This document shows, piece by piece, positions 47,802-57,396 of a stretch of DNA of 64,000 nt. The translations under genes were made by a program, and so were the position numbers. Below the pieces are notes generated by a model. That model was not told the DNA's origin, did no database searches, and saw only the letters and a list, made by a program, of their open reading frames with translations. Every line of letters begins with the position of its first letter. The first letter of the stretch is position 1. Source of the DNA: a virus; IMG/VR virus record IMGVR_UViG_3300014835_000052; one strand, given 5' to 3'.

Positions 47802-48315
47802 CCCCAAAAACAAATAAATATTATTTAACATGGATGACAATGAAAACATTTTCAAAAGAGATTTATCCAACGAAGGCCAATAATCCAGAACATACAGATT
47901 TAATTGATGCTTATAATATCGGACATTCTGCTAATGATCAAGCTGCTTCTAAATCATGATGTACTGATTAACCAACACCATTACAATTCGGGAGTGAATC
48001 GTTCATTTATATCCCAAAGGGATTAGAACCTAAAAACTATTAATGCGTATATTGTATTTAAAAATGTTGTCACTAGGCTTAAAAGCAGCTAAAGAAATGA
48101 TAATAACATTAAAGGGATAAAAAATACAACCTATTGATACTTATGGATTAAACAGAGATAAAGGCATTTAAATTACATTTTATAAAAACTGACCCATACA
48201 TTTGTACTGATTATACAATTTAAAGTGATTTATGGCTTATAAGTTGTTGATAGTAAAGGGGTTAAAAAGTAGTTTTTTGGTGAGTTGGGGCTTTTTTTGA
48301 GGTAGAATTATAGGC

Positions 48316-48350
48316 AATAAAAACCCCCGTTTACCTAGATATTCGGGGGT
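48316..48350 (-). terminator. intrinsic terminator
   Basis: ACCCCCG-14 nt-CGGGGGT stem followed by T run. Confidence 0.7.
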
Positions 48351-48357
48351 AATTACT

Positions 48358-48852
48358 TTAGCTAGATTGTTTTTTTAATGATTGATAAAACCAATGGTGT
48401 CCCAAATGTATACCTTTCTTATGTCTTTTATTCAAATGACTATCAAATGAATCAAGAATTCCAATTGGGTTTCTAACATTACCATTTAAAATATCCGACG
48501 CTAGATGATAGAATTCATCTTTATCGTCTGATGGGACTTTTTTAGAGGTATATTGCCCCCTTATTACTTTGCAAACAGGTTTATTAAATATTTGTTTAGA
48601 TCTAGTTATAATAGTTTGACCTACAGCAATTTGTCCGAGTCTAGATTCCCCTCTAGATTCCGAATAAATTGTTTCTGCTATACATTTAATATCGTTGTTA
48701 GTATTAGGTATATATTTTTTGATATTATTACTCACTACAGCATGGTTATCTTTAGCAGTATTATTGTGATTGTTTTTCTTAACATGAGTTCCATTCTGAG
48801 CATACGATGCAGAATTGAAAGCCATACACAAGATCAATAAAAGTGATCGCAT
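48358..48852 (-). CDS. SleB-like cell wall hydrolase with signal peptide
   Basis: CIAETIYSESRGE...GQ.AV...VC.VI..QY; hydrophobic N-terminus. Confidence 0.75.
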   Translation of the reverse strand: MRSLLLILCMAFNSASYAQNGTHVKKNNHNNTAKDNHAVVSNNIKKYIPNTNNDIKCIAETIYSESRGESRLGQIAVGQTIITRSKQIFNKPVCKVIRGQYTSKKVPSDDKDEFYHLASDILNGNVRNPIGILDSFDSHLNKRHKKGIHLGHHWFYQSLKKQSS

Positions 48853-49086
48853 GTAAAATACTCCTTTATTTCAGTTACATTATATAAAAAAGTCATATAA
48901 CGCTTCCCTTATATCGGTATATATCCATTGCTAATTGGTTGATATATTTGGGACGGCACTTCAGTTGTCTTATAGGCATTCTCCGGTAATTAATAATTAT
49001 ACCACTTGATTCTATATAATCCATTTACCCATACTGCTTATCCTGAAGCATTCCTTATGGTAAAATATAAAACCAAGTAATATAGT

Positions 49087-49094
49087 TATTTATA
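49087..49094 (-). promoter_or_regulatory. T4-type late promoter
   Basis: TATAAATA on the minus strand, intergenic. Confidence 0.65.
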
Positions 49095-49101
49095 TAAAAA
49101 T

Positions 49102-49761
49102 TTAATATCCTTTCACTTTCCTAAATTCAGATCGTGCTTCAATAGCGGGTAACATCCAATCCTTAGTTTTTTCAACAAAAATTTGAGGATTTTCATCATC
49201 TACAGCAATTAAAATAACAATTTGCTCGGGCATAGTAGTTTTAGTCATCTCTGAATACATCATTGAATAGAAGGCTCCTTGTAAAAAATAGGAAGAAATC
49301 CACTCCTTCTTTTTTAACTTCCCAGATGTCTTAAAATCAATAACAGACAATACACCTTTATAGTTTGCTATGCAATCAGTTGTTCCCGCGATTTCAAGTT
49401 TGTGTGAAAATAACATTGATTCTAAACAAAATATATTATCAATGTCATCTAAAATGGGTTTAAATCCCGTCCACATTTCAGCATCATACATACCAAGCTT
49501 GACTTCTTCATTATTTAAATAGACTTCACATAATGTATGTATTCTAGTCCCCCGAGAAGATGCTCTATTGGAAATCCTATTAGCTTCTTCTTCTCCAACT
49601 TTAGCTCTCCAAGCTTTTATTGATTCAATAGAACCTAACGATGTTACAGTAGTTACAGATGGATACTTCTTCCCATTGGGGGTTACATATAACCTTTTAC
49701 CATCTTCATTGATTCTAGACATCGTTGGGAGGTCTAATTCCATATGATTAAACATTATCAT
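49102..49761 (-). CDS. PD-(D/E)XK exonuclease
   Basis: YPSVTTV, RGT.IH, AGTTDCI, IDFKTS, YFLQ...Y. Confidence 0.8.
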   Translation of the reverse strand: MIMFNHMELDLPTMSRINEDGKRLYVTPNGKKYPSVTTVTSLGSIESIKAWRAKVGEEEANRISNRASSRGTRIHTLCEVYLNNEEVKLGMYDAEMWTGFKPILDDIDNIFCLESMLFSHKLEIAGTTDCIANYKGVLSVIDFKTSGKLKKKEWISSYFLQGAFYSMMYSEMTKTTMPEQIVILIAVDDENPQIFVEKTKDWMLPAIEARSEFRKVKGY

Positions 49762-49952
49762 TGTACCTCAATAATTCATCTTCAGATAAAGGCAATCTTA
49801 ATCCTGATTCTAAAACCTCTAATTGGATGTCTGTTAAATTAAGATCCGTTAAAAGCTCATATAATTCACCTTTATCAATTTTATCAAAGATTTCAATAAA
49901 ATATTCAAACAATTCTTGCTCATTCATATAAAGTTCCTTAAATTGATGATAG

Positions 49953-50336
49953 TTATTTACTTAGAATTGGATAATAAGATTCAATAGCATGTTTAAAAAA
50001 TGTAATCATTGTATCGTCGGTCTTCATAACCATAGCATACCGATCCCCATATGCTAAAATGCCGGTATATTCATAGCCCGACATAAGAGTAATAGTCACT
50101 GGAATTTTATTATCAATAAACTCCTGGATATGTTGATCATGGCCATTCATCTGAAGCGCATATGGGATTTTAGGTTGCTTTGGTGGTTGAGGAGACTTAA
50201 TCTTTTTTTCTTGCTTAGGTCTAGGTGATCCTTGCTTAGGTCTGGATCCATTTTCAGATTTAAGGATATTTCCTGTTACCTGGGTGGTTTGTCTGGGAGT
50301 TTTTAATGACAGAATGGGTCTATTTGTAGTTTCCAT
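49953..50336 (-). CDS. hfq: Hfq-like Sm-fold RNA-binding protein with basic N-terminal extension
   Basis: IPVTITLMSG....G.....DRY...K...FFKHAI...P aligns by eye with the E. coli Hfq Sm1/Sm2 motifs. Confidence 0.7.
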   Translation of the reverse strand: METTNRPILSLKTPRQTTQVTGNILKSENGSRPKQGSPRPKQEKKIKSPQPPKQPKIPYALQMNGHDQHIQEFIDNKIPVTITLMSGYEYTGILAYGDRYAMVMKTDDTMITFFKHAIESYYPILSK

Positions 50337-50349
50337 GATATAATTCCTA

Positions 50350-50721
50350 TTAATTTTCAGGTAAATCGGATAAAAATAATGCCAATCTTTTTTTATACTC
50401 TTTTTCTAACTTGCGTTCTTTAATAATTTCAAGCATAGCTTCCCGATGAACTATTGCTGTATCTGTAACAAGAAATAGTTTAAAAATATCAAAAACACCA
50501 TGTTCATCAGTAAGGCTATGGATAATATGTTGATTCTGTAGATTTAACATATATGTCATAACATGATCCATTTGCTCTTTTAGCCAAGTATGTGAATCCA
50601 TTAATTCTTCCAACACCTCATCTAAAGATCTAACACCATCAATATTTAGATATCCATCTAGCATCATTTCATCTTTGTATAGTAGTATTTTTTCATATGC
50701 TGATTTATTGCGATCTTTCAT
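50350..50721 (-). CDS. hypothetical protein
   Basis: ORF track. Confidence 0.5.
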   Translation of the reverse strand: MKDRNKSAYEKILLYKDEMMLDGYLNIDGVRSLDEVLEELMDSHTWLKEQMDHVMTYMLNLQNQHIIHSLTDEHGVFDIFKLFLVTDTAIVHREAMLEIIKERKLEKEYKKRLALFLSDLPEN

Positions 50722-51001
50722 TAAATACCCCAGACCATTTTTTAAGTTTCCAAATTTTAGCGGCCTTTGCTAAATTTACTTCACGTTCACTTACAACATC
50801 ACAATTCATTAATATTTCAATCATCGCCAAAAGATCCCCCAATTCTTCTTCTAAGTGTGCTTTATTGGATAGATTATTCCATTTAGTATCCATGCCAAAT
50901 CTAAATACCTTTGAGATCGCTTGGCTAACTTCTGCACATTCTTCTTGTGTAATTAACAATGCTTCATTTATATTCATAACATTCATAATATATATTTTCA
51001 C
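50705..51001 (-). CDS. MazG-like nucleotide pyrophosphohydrolase
   Basis: EECAEV.QAISK..RFG...LEEELGDL. Confidence 0.75.
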   Translation of the reverse strand: MKIYIMNVMNINEALLITQEECAEVSQAISKVFRFGMDTKWNNLSNKAHLEEELGDLLAMIEILMNCDVVSEREVNLAKAAKIWKLKKWSGVFNERSQ

Positions 51002-51053
51002 TTAATTGTTGATGAAGTGTATATTTTACATTATTTAAAGCAATTGTCAAGAT

Positions 51054-51320
51054 CTAAATTGCAGTGATTGCTAAATTGGCTGTGTAAATGGCAGCATCAA
51101 TATACACTCTTAATTTCTCCTTATCCTGTAATTCTTTGGCACTGTTTGTAATTAAAGCATCTAATTGAATATCACTAATCAATTCATTAAATTCTGATAT
51201 ATCAATTTTATGAGTATTATATAATTCAGTTATTCTAATTGTCTCAGATATTGCATTAGTCACTTCAATAGATGTGGGTTTTAATCCAGACAAGGTTGTC
51301 AATATGTCTTGTAATATCAT
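51054..51320 (-). CDS. hypothetical helical protein
   Basis: ORF track; overlaps the stop codon of the lipoprotein gene. Confidence 0.55.
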   Translation of the reverse strand: MILQDILTTLSGLKPTSIEVTNAISETIRITELYNTHKIDISEFNELISDIQLDALITNSAKELQDKEKLRVYIDAAIYTANLAITAI

Positions 51321-51724
51321 TTAGATTTAGCTCCTAATACTGTTTGAATGTTTTTTGCAGAATGCTCAATCAATGTAATTTTTTCCTTGCAATATGTTGC
51401 TGATACTGGAATGTCTGAATTATATCTTAATGATAGACCTTTAATCTCAGACAATAAGTTTGTAGACATTTGGACGGCATCTGTATTGTTGGGATATATT
51501 GCTGTATAGTTCTTAAATTCAGTAGCTTTTAGTAAAAGATCATCACTGAATTTTTTAATGTTATTTGGATTATTGCATTGACTAATACTAATTTCAGCTA
51601 ACGCGCTTATACTCGTGATGATTTGATACTCCATTGGGTCATATTTTGGTATTAAATATGCATCTAATACAGCACAGCTAGAAATAGATATTGCTGCTAT
51701 TGCTATTATCATTTTTTTTTTCAT
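51317..51724 (-). CDS. putative lipoprotein
   Basis: MKKKMIIAIAAISISS-C lipobox. Confidence 0.65.
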   Translation of the reverse strand: MKKKMIIAIAAISISSCAVLDAYLIPKYDPMEYQIITSISALAEISISQCNNPNNIKKFSDDLLLKATEFKNYTAIYPNNTDAVQMSTNLLSEIKGLSLRYNSDIPVSATYCKEKITLIEHSAKNIQTVLGAKSK

Positions 51725-51733
51725 TTATATACC

Positions 51734-51979
51734 TTAAAGATTTGTTGTTTTATCTAAACAAGATCCCGGAGTTCTCTCATGGATGCGATTTAATACTTCT
51801 TTGAAATTTCCACCTTTATTAAGACCACCTTCCATCCTAATTGCGCTACAGACTACACCACCCGATATTACTAATTCTAGTAGAGGGTTATTTAATTTAA
51901 ATTCCGTCAATTCAGACATTTTCATTACTTTTTCAGTAATGTCATTTGTGATAATATTTTTAAAATCATATGTTGGCAA
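51734..51979 (-). CDS. FmdB-like small protein conserved in T4-like phages
   Basis: MPTYDFKN..T...E..M.MSE. Confidence 0.6.
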   Translation of the reverse strand: MPTYDFKNIITNDITEKVMKMSELTEFKLNNPLLELVISGGVVCSAIRMEGGLNKGGNFKEVLNRIHERTPGSCLDKTTNL

Positions 51980-52468
51980 ATTATACTCCCAGATAAGAAT
52001 TAGATTTAGGGTTTAGAAATTTACCTTTAGTCACATCATAATATAATACTATACCAGATTTCCTAAATGGCCCAATCAAATTGAGGTTTTCTTTTTGCAT
52101 ATATCCATCTAAGCTAATACAATTATTGTTTGTTTCTGCTTTCATCGGTTGATAATGGTAGTTCATATAAATCCTCACAATCAGTAGGTGTTTTCTTTCC
52201 AAAGATAATATCCCAGTTGTCATCATATTTCTTTTTATCTGTAGGTCTCTGTGCAGACCCCTTTCCATTCTGTGCAGTATTTTGTTTCATTATCCCTCTT
52301 GTGTGATTATTGCTACATTAATATCATCAATTTTATTGTCACGATCTGTATAAAATTTATACAGTTGTACACATCTTGCAAATTGGATTGGGTGATGGAT
52401 GTGACTGGGTAATGTCCCAAACATTTCTAACAACTTTGTATAATTATTCTTAATATCTTCTTCCGACA

Positions 52469-52720
52469 TTATGAGTGCGCATATAATAAGATGGATGTGC
52501 CCTCTTCTTCTAAATATTTGATTCTTGGGATATATTTAGCATACTCTGAAATTCTTCCCATGTATAGCTCTTCTTCAGTCCAATTTAAAAGTTTGGCTTT
52601 GATTGGGTGGTGGATGTGGCTTTCTGGAGTGGCAGTTGAACTTGTTTTATATACAATCAATGTCTCACCATCAATCGGGCAATCGGTCCCAGTGTGTTTC
52701 ATAAATAAATATTTTCTCAT
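52469..52720 (-). CDS. hypothetical protein
   Basis: ORF track. Confidence 0.45.
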   Translation of the reverse strand: MRKYLFMKHTGTDCPIDGETLIVYKTSSTATPESHIHHPIKAKLLNWTEEELYMGRISEYAKYIPRIKYLEEEGTSILLYAHS

Positions 52721-52750
52721 TTTAGTTCCTATGTTTATTAAATAAAGTGT

Positions 52751-52758
52751 TATAAATA
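52751..52758 (+). promoter_or_regulatory. T4-type late promoter
   Basis: TATAAATA upstream of 52832. Confidence 0.65.
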
Positions 52759-52831
52759 TGTATGTGTGAATATATAGATGATTGCTGTTGGAATGTATAT
52801 TATAAAAATATTTTTATGATGGAATGAATAT

Positions 52832-53065
52832 ATGTCAAAAAGCAATATGGAAACACCACATGATTATTCATATAATATGGAGGTTCATACTACGCATTTT
52901 GACAATGAAGTGCATACAAAACACCACCAATGGATTTGTGAAAAAATTAAATGTGAGCGTGATAAACGTAGGATGTATCGTGAAATTACTAAAATCGTCA
53001 TGCAATGGTCAATTCCTGCTATATCTGGAGCTGTTTGGTATTGGCTAAAAAGCCACTGGAATTGA
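52832..53065 (+). CDS. small late protein with C-terminal membrane anchor
   Basis: Late promoter; hydrophobic WSIPAISGAVWYWL C-terminus. Confidence 0.55.
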   Translation: MSKSNMETPHDYSYNMEVHTTHFDNEVHTKHHQWICEKIKCERDKRRMYREITKIVMQWSIPAISGAVWYWLKSHWN

Positions 53066-53071
53066 GTATTA

Positions 53072-53105
53072 AAAGGTGAGATGGTCTTAAGACCATCTCA
53101 CCTTT
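53072..53105. terminator. perfect 34-bp palindrome, bidirectional terminator
   Basis: AAAGGTGAGATGGTCTT|AAGACCATCTCACCTTT followed by T-rich tail. Confidence 0.8.
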
Positions 53106-53172
53106 CTTTTTTACATATCATACTTATCATCTGAGGTAATATGACATGTTGCATTTGCTTGTAGCATAGCCA

Positions 53173-53490
53173 TTAGAATTCATCCCAAGTAATGTTATTA
53201 GCTTCTAAGAAATCTGTTAATCGAGGATAGAGTGATGCCCCTGTATTGGCTCTTACTAGAGCATCGTTGTCTATTACGTCTACATTGAAGAACTCCGTAT
53301 AGTCTGGGATGTTACCCAGTAGTTGTTCAGCAGTGAGCCAATCAAGATAGTGCTTGTTTTCTTCACAAGGATCTTCTACGTAGTCCAGTTCAGCACTTTT
53401 AATCTCATCAGTAGTACCTACTGCTTCTTTACGCATTGCCATACCAGCTACTACAGCAGCAGATAGATTAAATTTAAGATCTAAGCCCAT
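53173..53490 (-). CDS. hypothetical early protein
   Basis: ORF with GGAG RBS. Confidence 0.6.
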   Translation of the reverse strand: MGLDLKFNLSAAVVAGMAMRKEAVGTTDEIKSAELDYVEDPCEENKHYLDWLTAEQLLGNIPDYTEFFNVDVIDNDALVRANTGASLYPRLTDFLEANNITWDEF

Positions 53491-53535
53491 GTTATTACTC
53501 CAATTAGTTGTAGCACCATCCTTGGTACTGGTTGA

Positions 53536-54042
53536 TTACTCTAATATTTCTGATAGTCTCTGAAGAGCATCAGCATTATGTAAGTTGAAGACTGGTATGC
53601 TGTTGGCTATTGCCAGTCGTATTGCTTGACCTGTGCCGCCTGTACTATAGGAAGTACTGGTTTCAGCACCATCCGGAGTCCAGCATAGAACAAAATCTAC
53701 TGGAGTTTTTAGGTCATCTCCTAGTATCTGGTGCATGTTACGAGCCATAAGTTTCTTAGCACCTTGGCTTAACTTGCCCCAGGCAGGATGGTATTTGCTG
53801 GCTAGTTCTAATGCTTCATAACTACACGCAACAACACCATCTATACTGTCATTGAAGCCTAACCACGGTATGTAAACGACTTTGTTGGTACAACCTTTAG
53901 CGAAGGCTTGATCTGCACCTTCAGCTCCACCAGAGTTTAATCTGTATCCATTATTTTCTAGCCTTGCTGCAACACGTTGCATAAGAGTCATTATGTTCTC
54001 TGGAGTCTTACGACTACCAATTCCAGCATAAGATTTAGACAT
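53536..54042 (-). CDS. SLOG-family (DprA/YspA-like) nucleotide-binding protein
   Basis: YAGIGSR, SGGAEGAD, GGTGQAIRLA; start ATG 54042 has an AAGGA RBS. Confidence 0.75.
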   Translation of the reverse strand: MSKSYAGIGSRKTPENIMTLMQRVAARLENNGYRLNSGGAEGADQAFAKGCTNKVVYIPWLGFNDSIDGVVACSYEALELASKYHPAWGKLSQGAKKLMARNMHQILGDDLKTPVDFVLCWTPDGAETSTSYSTGGTGQAIRLAIANSIPVFNLHNADALQRLSEILE

Positions 54043-54065
54043 GGTAAATTCCTTAATGATAGTGA

Positions 54066-54326
54066 CTAAGCAGATAAGAAGGTTCGTAGTACATAAGCTA
54101 ATATTTGGCACATAGTACCTTGGAGTGTTATATTATCGTGGGTTACTGTCCAAGTACCGTCGATGTTTGATATAGCACAATAGCCTAGATTACCGTTAGG
54201 TGAAGTGCTGAATAGGTTGCCTAGTTCTAAAGTATCTATAAAGCGACTGTTGCAGTATAATCTGCTGTCTTCTGAGTTACTAAGGACTGAATCTTTTGCA
54301 GCTAATTTTGAATCGAGGAAGGTCAT
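54066..54326 (-). CDS. hypothetical protein
   Basis: ORF with GGAG RBS. Confidence 0.5.
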   Translation of the reverse strand: MTFLDSKLAAKDSVLSNSEDSRLYCNSRFIDTLELGNLFSTSPNGNLGYCAISNIDGTWTVTHDNITLQGTMCQILAYVLRTFLSA

Positions 54327-54343
54327 GTTATTACTCCAGTAAG

Positions 54344-54649
54344 TTAAGGAAATAAACCTAAATAACCATCTAAAAATCTTTTTATAGTTTCACCATGACA
54401 CCTCTTTGGAGCACAGAAACATTGTAATAATAAATCTCCATTTATTGCTATTTGATATAATCGTCGAAGTTCAACCATTACTACCTGATCTCTTGATCTT
54501 ATCTTATCAGAGAACCATATATTATATTCTTCACAAACTCTATTACGCTCTTTATTAGATGTATCTAACATTTTATATGGATTACCTAAAGGAGAACCAC
54601 GCCCAATATATTGAGAATTTTCTTTTAAACCATTGATTATTTCAATCAT
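54344..54649 (-). CDS. DUF4326-like protein
   Basis: YIGRGS..GNPY...L.C.CAP..CHG. Confidence 0.75.
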   Translation of the reverse strand: MIEIINGLKENSQYIGRGSPLGNPYKMLDTSNKERNRVCEEYNIWFSDKIRSRDQVVMVELRRLYQIAINGDLLLQCFCAPKRCHGETIKRFLDGYLGLFP

Positions 54650-54818
54650 TCATTTTGATTCCTTTTTTGCTGGGGTGTATAGTCCAGAAATGATGATCGG
54701 TGTCAATAAAGACGTTTCAAATAATGGTGTTTTATTTCTTTGTTGATTTCTCATAGCATTTGCTCTCATAATTCTTCTAGTCATTTTTAAAATCTCTTAA
54801 AGTTTCAAGGTATGGCTA

Positions 54819-54847
54819 ATTATCCTATAAATCGGAGGAACCGTCAA
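54819..54847 (-). promoter_or_regulatory. early promoter (GATAAT family)
   Basis: TTGACG-17-GATAAT followed by TAGCCATACCTT. Confidence 0.75.
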
Positions 54848-54931
54848 GATTTATTTTTACTAAATATAAGAATTGATTATGATAAGAGGCGACACCTCTA
54901 TTGAAAATATCAATTTGACTGGAGAAAGCAT

Positions 54932-55255
54932 ATGGATAAGGGCGTTGTAAAATCGACACCTATTAAAAGGACTAAAAAAGTTGCCCCTAGAACTGGATTT
55001 AAGTATTTCATAGCGACATCATGGAGGCCACTGGTAGCATTCACTTATATCATCATATGTTTATATGATTTTATAATAGGACCAACATTATTTAATGTAT
55101 TACAATATATGAATCCAGGACAAAGTATATCTGCTTATACATCTATCACTTTGCAGGGATCTGGGTTATTTCATTTGAGTTTTGGTGCAATTATTGGAGT
55201 GTCTGCTCATGGGAGGACTAAAGAGAAATTAAATGTTGTAGACATAGAAAAATGA
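54932..55255 (+). CDS. holin-like membrane protein
   Basis: WRP...two hydrophobic segments...GRT.EK; convergent with the endolysin gene. Confidence 0.6.
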   Translation: MDKGVVKSTPIKRTKKVAPRTGFKYFIATSWRPLVAFTYIIICLYDFIIGPTLFNVLQYMNPGQSISAYTSITLQGSGLFHLSFGAIIGVSAHGRTKEKLNVVDIEK

Positions 55256-55263
55256 TATTGCAT

Positions 55264-55300
55264 ATATAAGACCTTTAGTTGCTATTTAAAGGTCTTATAT
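55264..55300. terminator. 14-bp stem hairpin between holin and endolysin genes
   Basis: ATATAAGACCTTTA-9 nt-TAAAGGTCTTATAT. Confidence 0.7.
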
Positions 55301-55314
55301 TGTAATTGTTAGGG

Positions 55315-55929
55315 TTATTTTAGGGAAATAGTTTTCAATGCAAGATTGTAATATTTTCGTCTTTCATCTAGACCTAACGTTCCACCATTAATTTTTTTGG
55401 TGAGGGTGATAAAATCTTTAGAATCAGCATATTGATTTAGTTTATTAATATCCCAAAAATGGCACGCTGATGTTATTGCCCCTTCTAGGGTTTCGCAATA
55501 ATTGACCACTTCTTGTAAAGTCATATCAATACTTTCTGCTAATGATTGATAATTACTCTTTCCAGTGGTTTGAATAAATCCTCTACCCCGATATGTGTAA
55601 CCATCGCCAGAATCCTCATCTCCATTGCCTAATCTATCACAATATACTTTATTAGCAATCATTTCTGGATTTCTGTTATATGGGGCAGCAACAGATTCAG
55701 ACTTAAATCTTGACGGCCATGTACAACACAACCCTTTAGTAGAATAGTTTAAATTTTCTTTCATTACAGTAAATTGATTTGACTCGTGCGAACATTGTGA
55801 TAACCAAGCTGCAACCCTATTTTTAGTGTTAATATTATATTTTGGTAATACTTTATTGAGAGTATCAACCATTTCTTTAGGTTGTTTATTATTGGGACAG
55901 ATTATTTTAAATTCTTCTAGAGTAATCAT
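55315..55929 (-). CDS. GH19 endolysin
   Basis: AWLSQCSHES, ENLNYS, YRGRGFIQTTG..NY, TKKINGG..GL..R. Confidence 0.9.
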   Translation of the reverse strand: MITLEEFKIICPNNKQPKEMVDTLNKVLPKYNINTKNRVAAWLSQCSHESNQFTVMKENLNYSTKGLCCTWPSRFKSESVAAPYNRNPEMIANKVYCDRLGNGDEDSGDGYTYRGRGFIQTTGKSNYQSLAESIDMTLQEVVNYCETLEGAITSACHFWDINKLNQYADSKDFITLTKKINGGTLGLDERRKYYNLALKTISLK

Positions 55930-56095
55930 GATTATCCTATTTAATAGATTGAGTATTCTTATGTTTTAATGACTTTTTTAATGATTTCAACCATAATTCT
56001 TTTTCTAATTCTTTATCGCCATCAATACATGCTTTATTTAATTTTTTGACTAATTTTTTGACTTTCATTTTCTTTTTCCTAATCGTTTGAGTATA

Positions 56096-56103
56096 TATTT
56101 ATA
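56096..56103 (-). promoter_or_regulatory. T4-type late promoter
   Basis: TATAAATA on the minus strand upstream of the endolysin unit. Confidence 0.65.
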
Positions 56104-56227
56104 GATATAAATCCTTTCTGTCCACAATTTAATAAAACACAATATAGCAAAATAAATAGGTAATACAATAATAATTACAAATATTTTTAATAATATGACA
56201 AATAAATCAATTAACAATTCCATAAGA

Positions 56228-56440
56228 TCACCAATGGTGTATTACACCTAAAATGACTGTAAAACAAGTTAATAAATGAGCGAATACCCACCCTGTTCTA
56301 ATTACTAAACTCAATCTGGCTTCAATCAATGTCAGAATGGGTGTTGATGGTTCATCCATATCGTTTTCACCTACAAGATGGCCTAATGATCTTGCCCATA
56401 TTCTCTCTAAACTACAGATTAATTCTTTATCTTTTAACAA
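56228..56440 (-). CDS. small membrane protein
   Basis: Hydrophobic C-terminus. Confidence 0.5.
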   Translation of the reverse strand: MLKDKELICSLERIWARSLGHLVGENDMDEPSTPILTLIEARLSLVIRTGWVFAHLLTCFTVILGVIHHW

Positions 56441-56612
56441 TATATTTCCTTTATTTAATAGTTGAATGCTTTTAATTCACTGATGATGGATTCTTTATCA
56501 CCCATACGTTCTTTACGAGTTGCAATTCTTCTATCAATTGCAGATAAAGATTTTTTATTGAAAGGACTTTCTTGCTGAATGTTTTTTTGATTTCTATGGT
56601 GGTTAGTTCTGC

Positions 56613-57383
56613 TCATAATAATTTATCCTGGCTAATATATACGGGGATTTCTATTTTTCCAATATTAATAATATACTTCTCTATAAAATGATTTACAAAA
56701 TAATTTAATTTTCCCTTTTTAATTCCAGTAATAAGACCTCTAATTCTATCCGTTAAAGTTTGCATTGTTGTTAAATCGGCAATATTGCCATCATGGTCAA
56801 AATAACACAAATCTCCGTGGTGCGTATAACTAAATCTTGGAAATGATGTCACAATATCAATATTATTTACCCACCTGAAATGTTTTATTTTCAATGAATC
56901 TGTGTATTCTTTATTTCCAACTTTAGGGCTGCCAAATGTGTATAATATAGGATTTGCACCCATTAAATTACAACGATTAGCAGCTATAGTAGACATTGCA
57001 GCACCCAATGAATGACCAGTAAACCAAATATCTCTAGAACTATATTCAAACAGATAATTTTGGATGGGTTTCCATACATTATCCACACTATTCAAAAACC
57101 CCTTATGTACTTTACCTTTACAAAAATTGGTGGCTGGAACTAATTGTCTCTTTAAATCTGTAATAATATCTTCTAATTCATTAGGTTGTGTTCCTCTACA
57201 TACAATTATTACATCTGTATCATCATATAAAAAGTATGCTTGACTCCCTTTATTATCAATAAAAAATGAATTATATCCAAATGAACCAAAATCTTGATTG
57301 TCTGTATAAGAAAGATTGCTAAGGTTTGCCATTAATAATGTAATTTCTTTTTGTGATTTTAATTTAAGCATCGTAGTCCTCAT
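56613..57383 (-). CDS. class 3 lipase-like alpha/beta hydrolase
   Basis: RGT, VHKGF, GHSLG nucleophile elbow, TFGSPKVG, D.V, terminal H. Confidence 0.85.
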   Translation of the reverse strand: MRTTMLKLKSQKEITLLMANLSNLSYTDNQDFGSFGYNSFFIDNKGSQAYFLYDDTDVIIVCRGTQPNELEDIITDLKRQLVPATNFCKGKVHKGFLNSVDNVWKPIQNYLFEYSSRDIWFTGHSLGAAMSTIAANRCNLMGANPILYTFGSPKVGNKEYTDSLKIKHFRWVNNIDIVTSFPRFSYTHHGDLCYFDHDGNIADLTTMQTLTDRIRGLITGIKKGKLNYFVNHFIEKYIINIGKIEIPVYISQDKLL

Positions 57384-57396
57384 AATAATTTTTTAA

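Noticed and set aside
48030-48120. Remnant of a ribosomal protein bL12-like domain (SLGLKAAKEMI)
   Set aside because: Short match in a stop-riddled region; cannot be distinguished from chance by eye.
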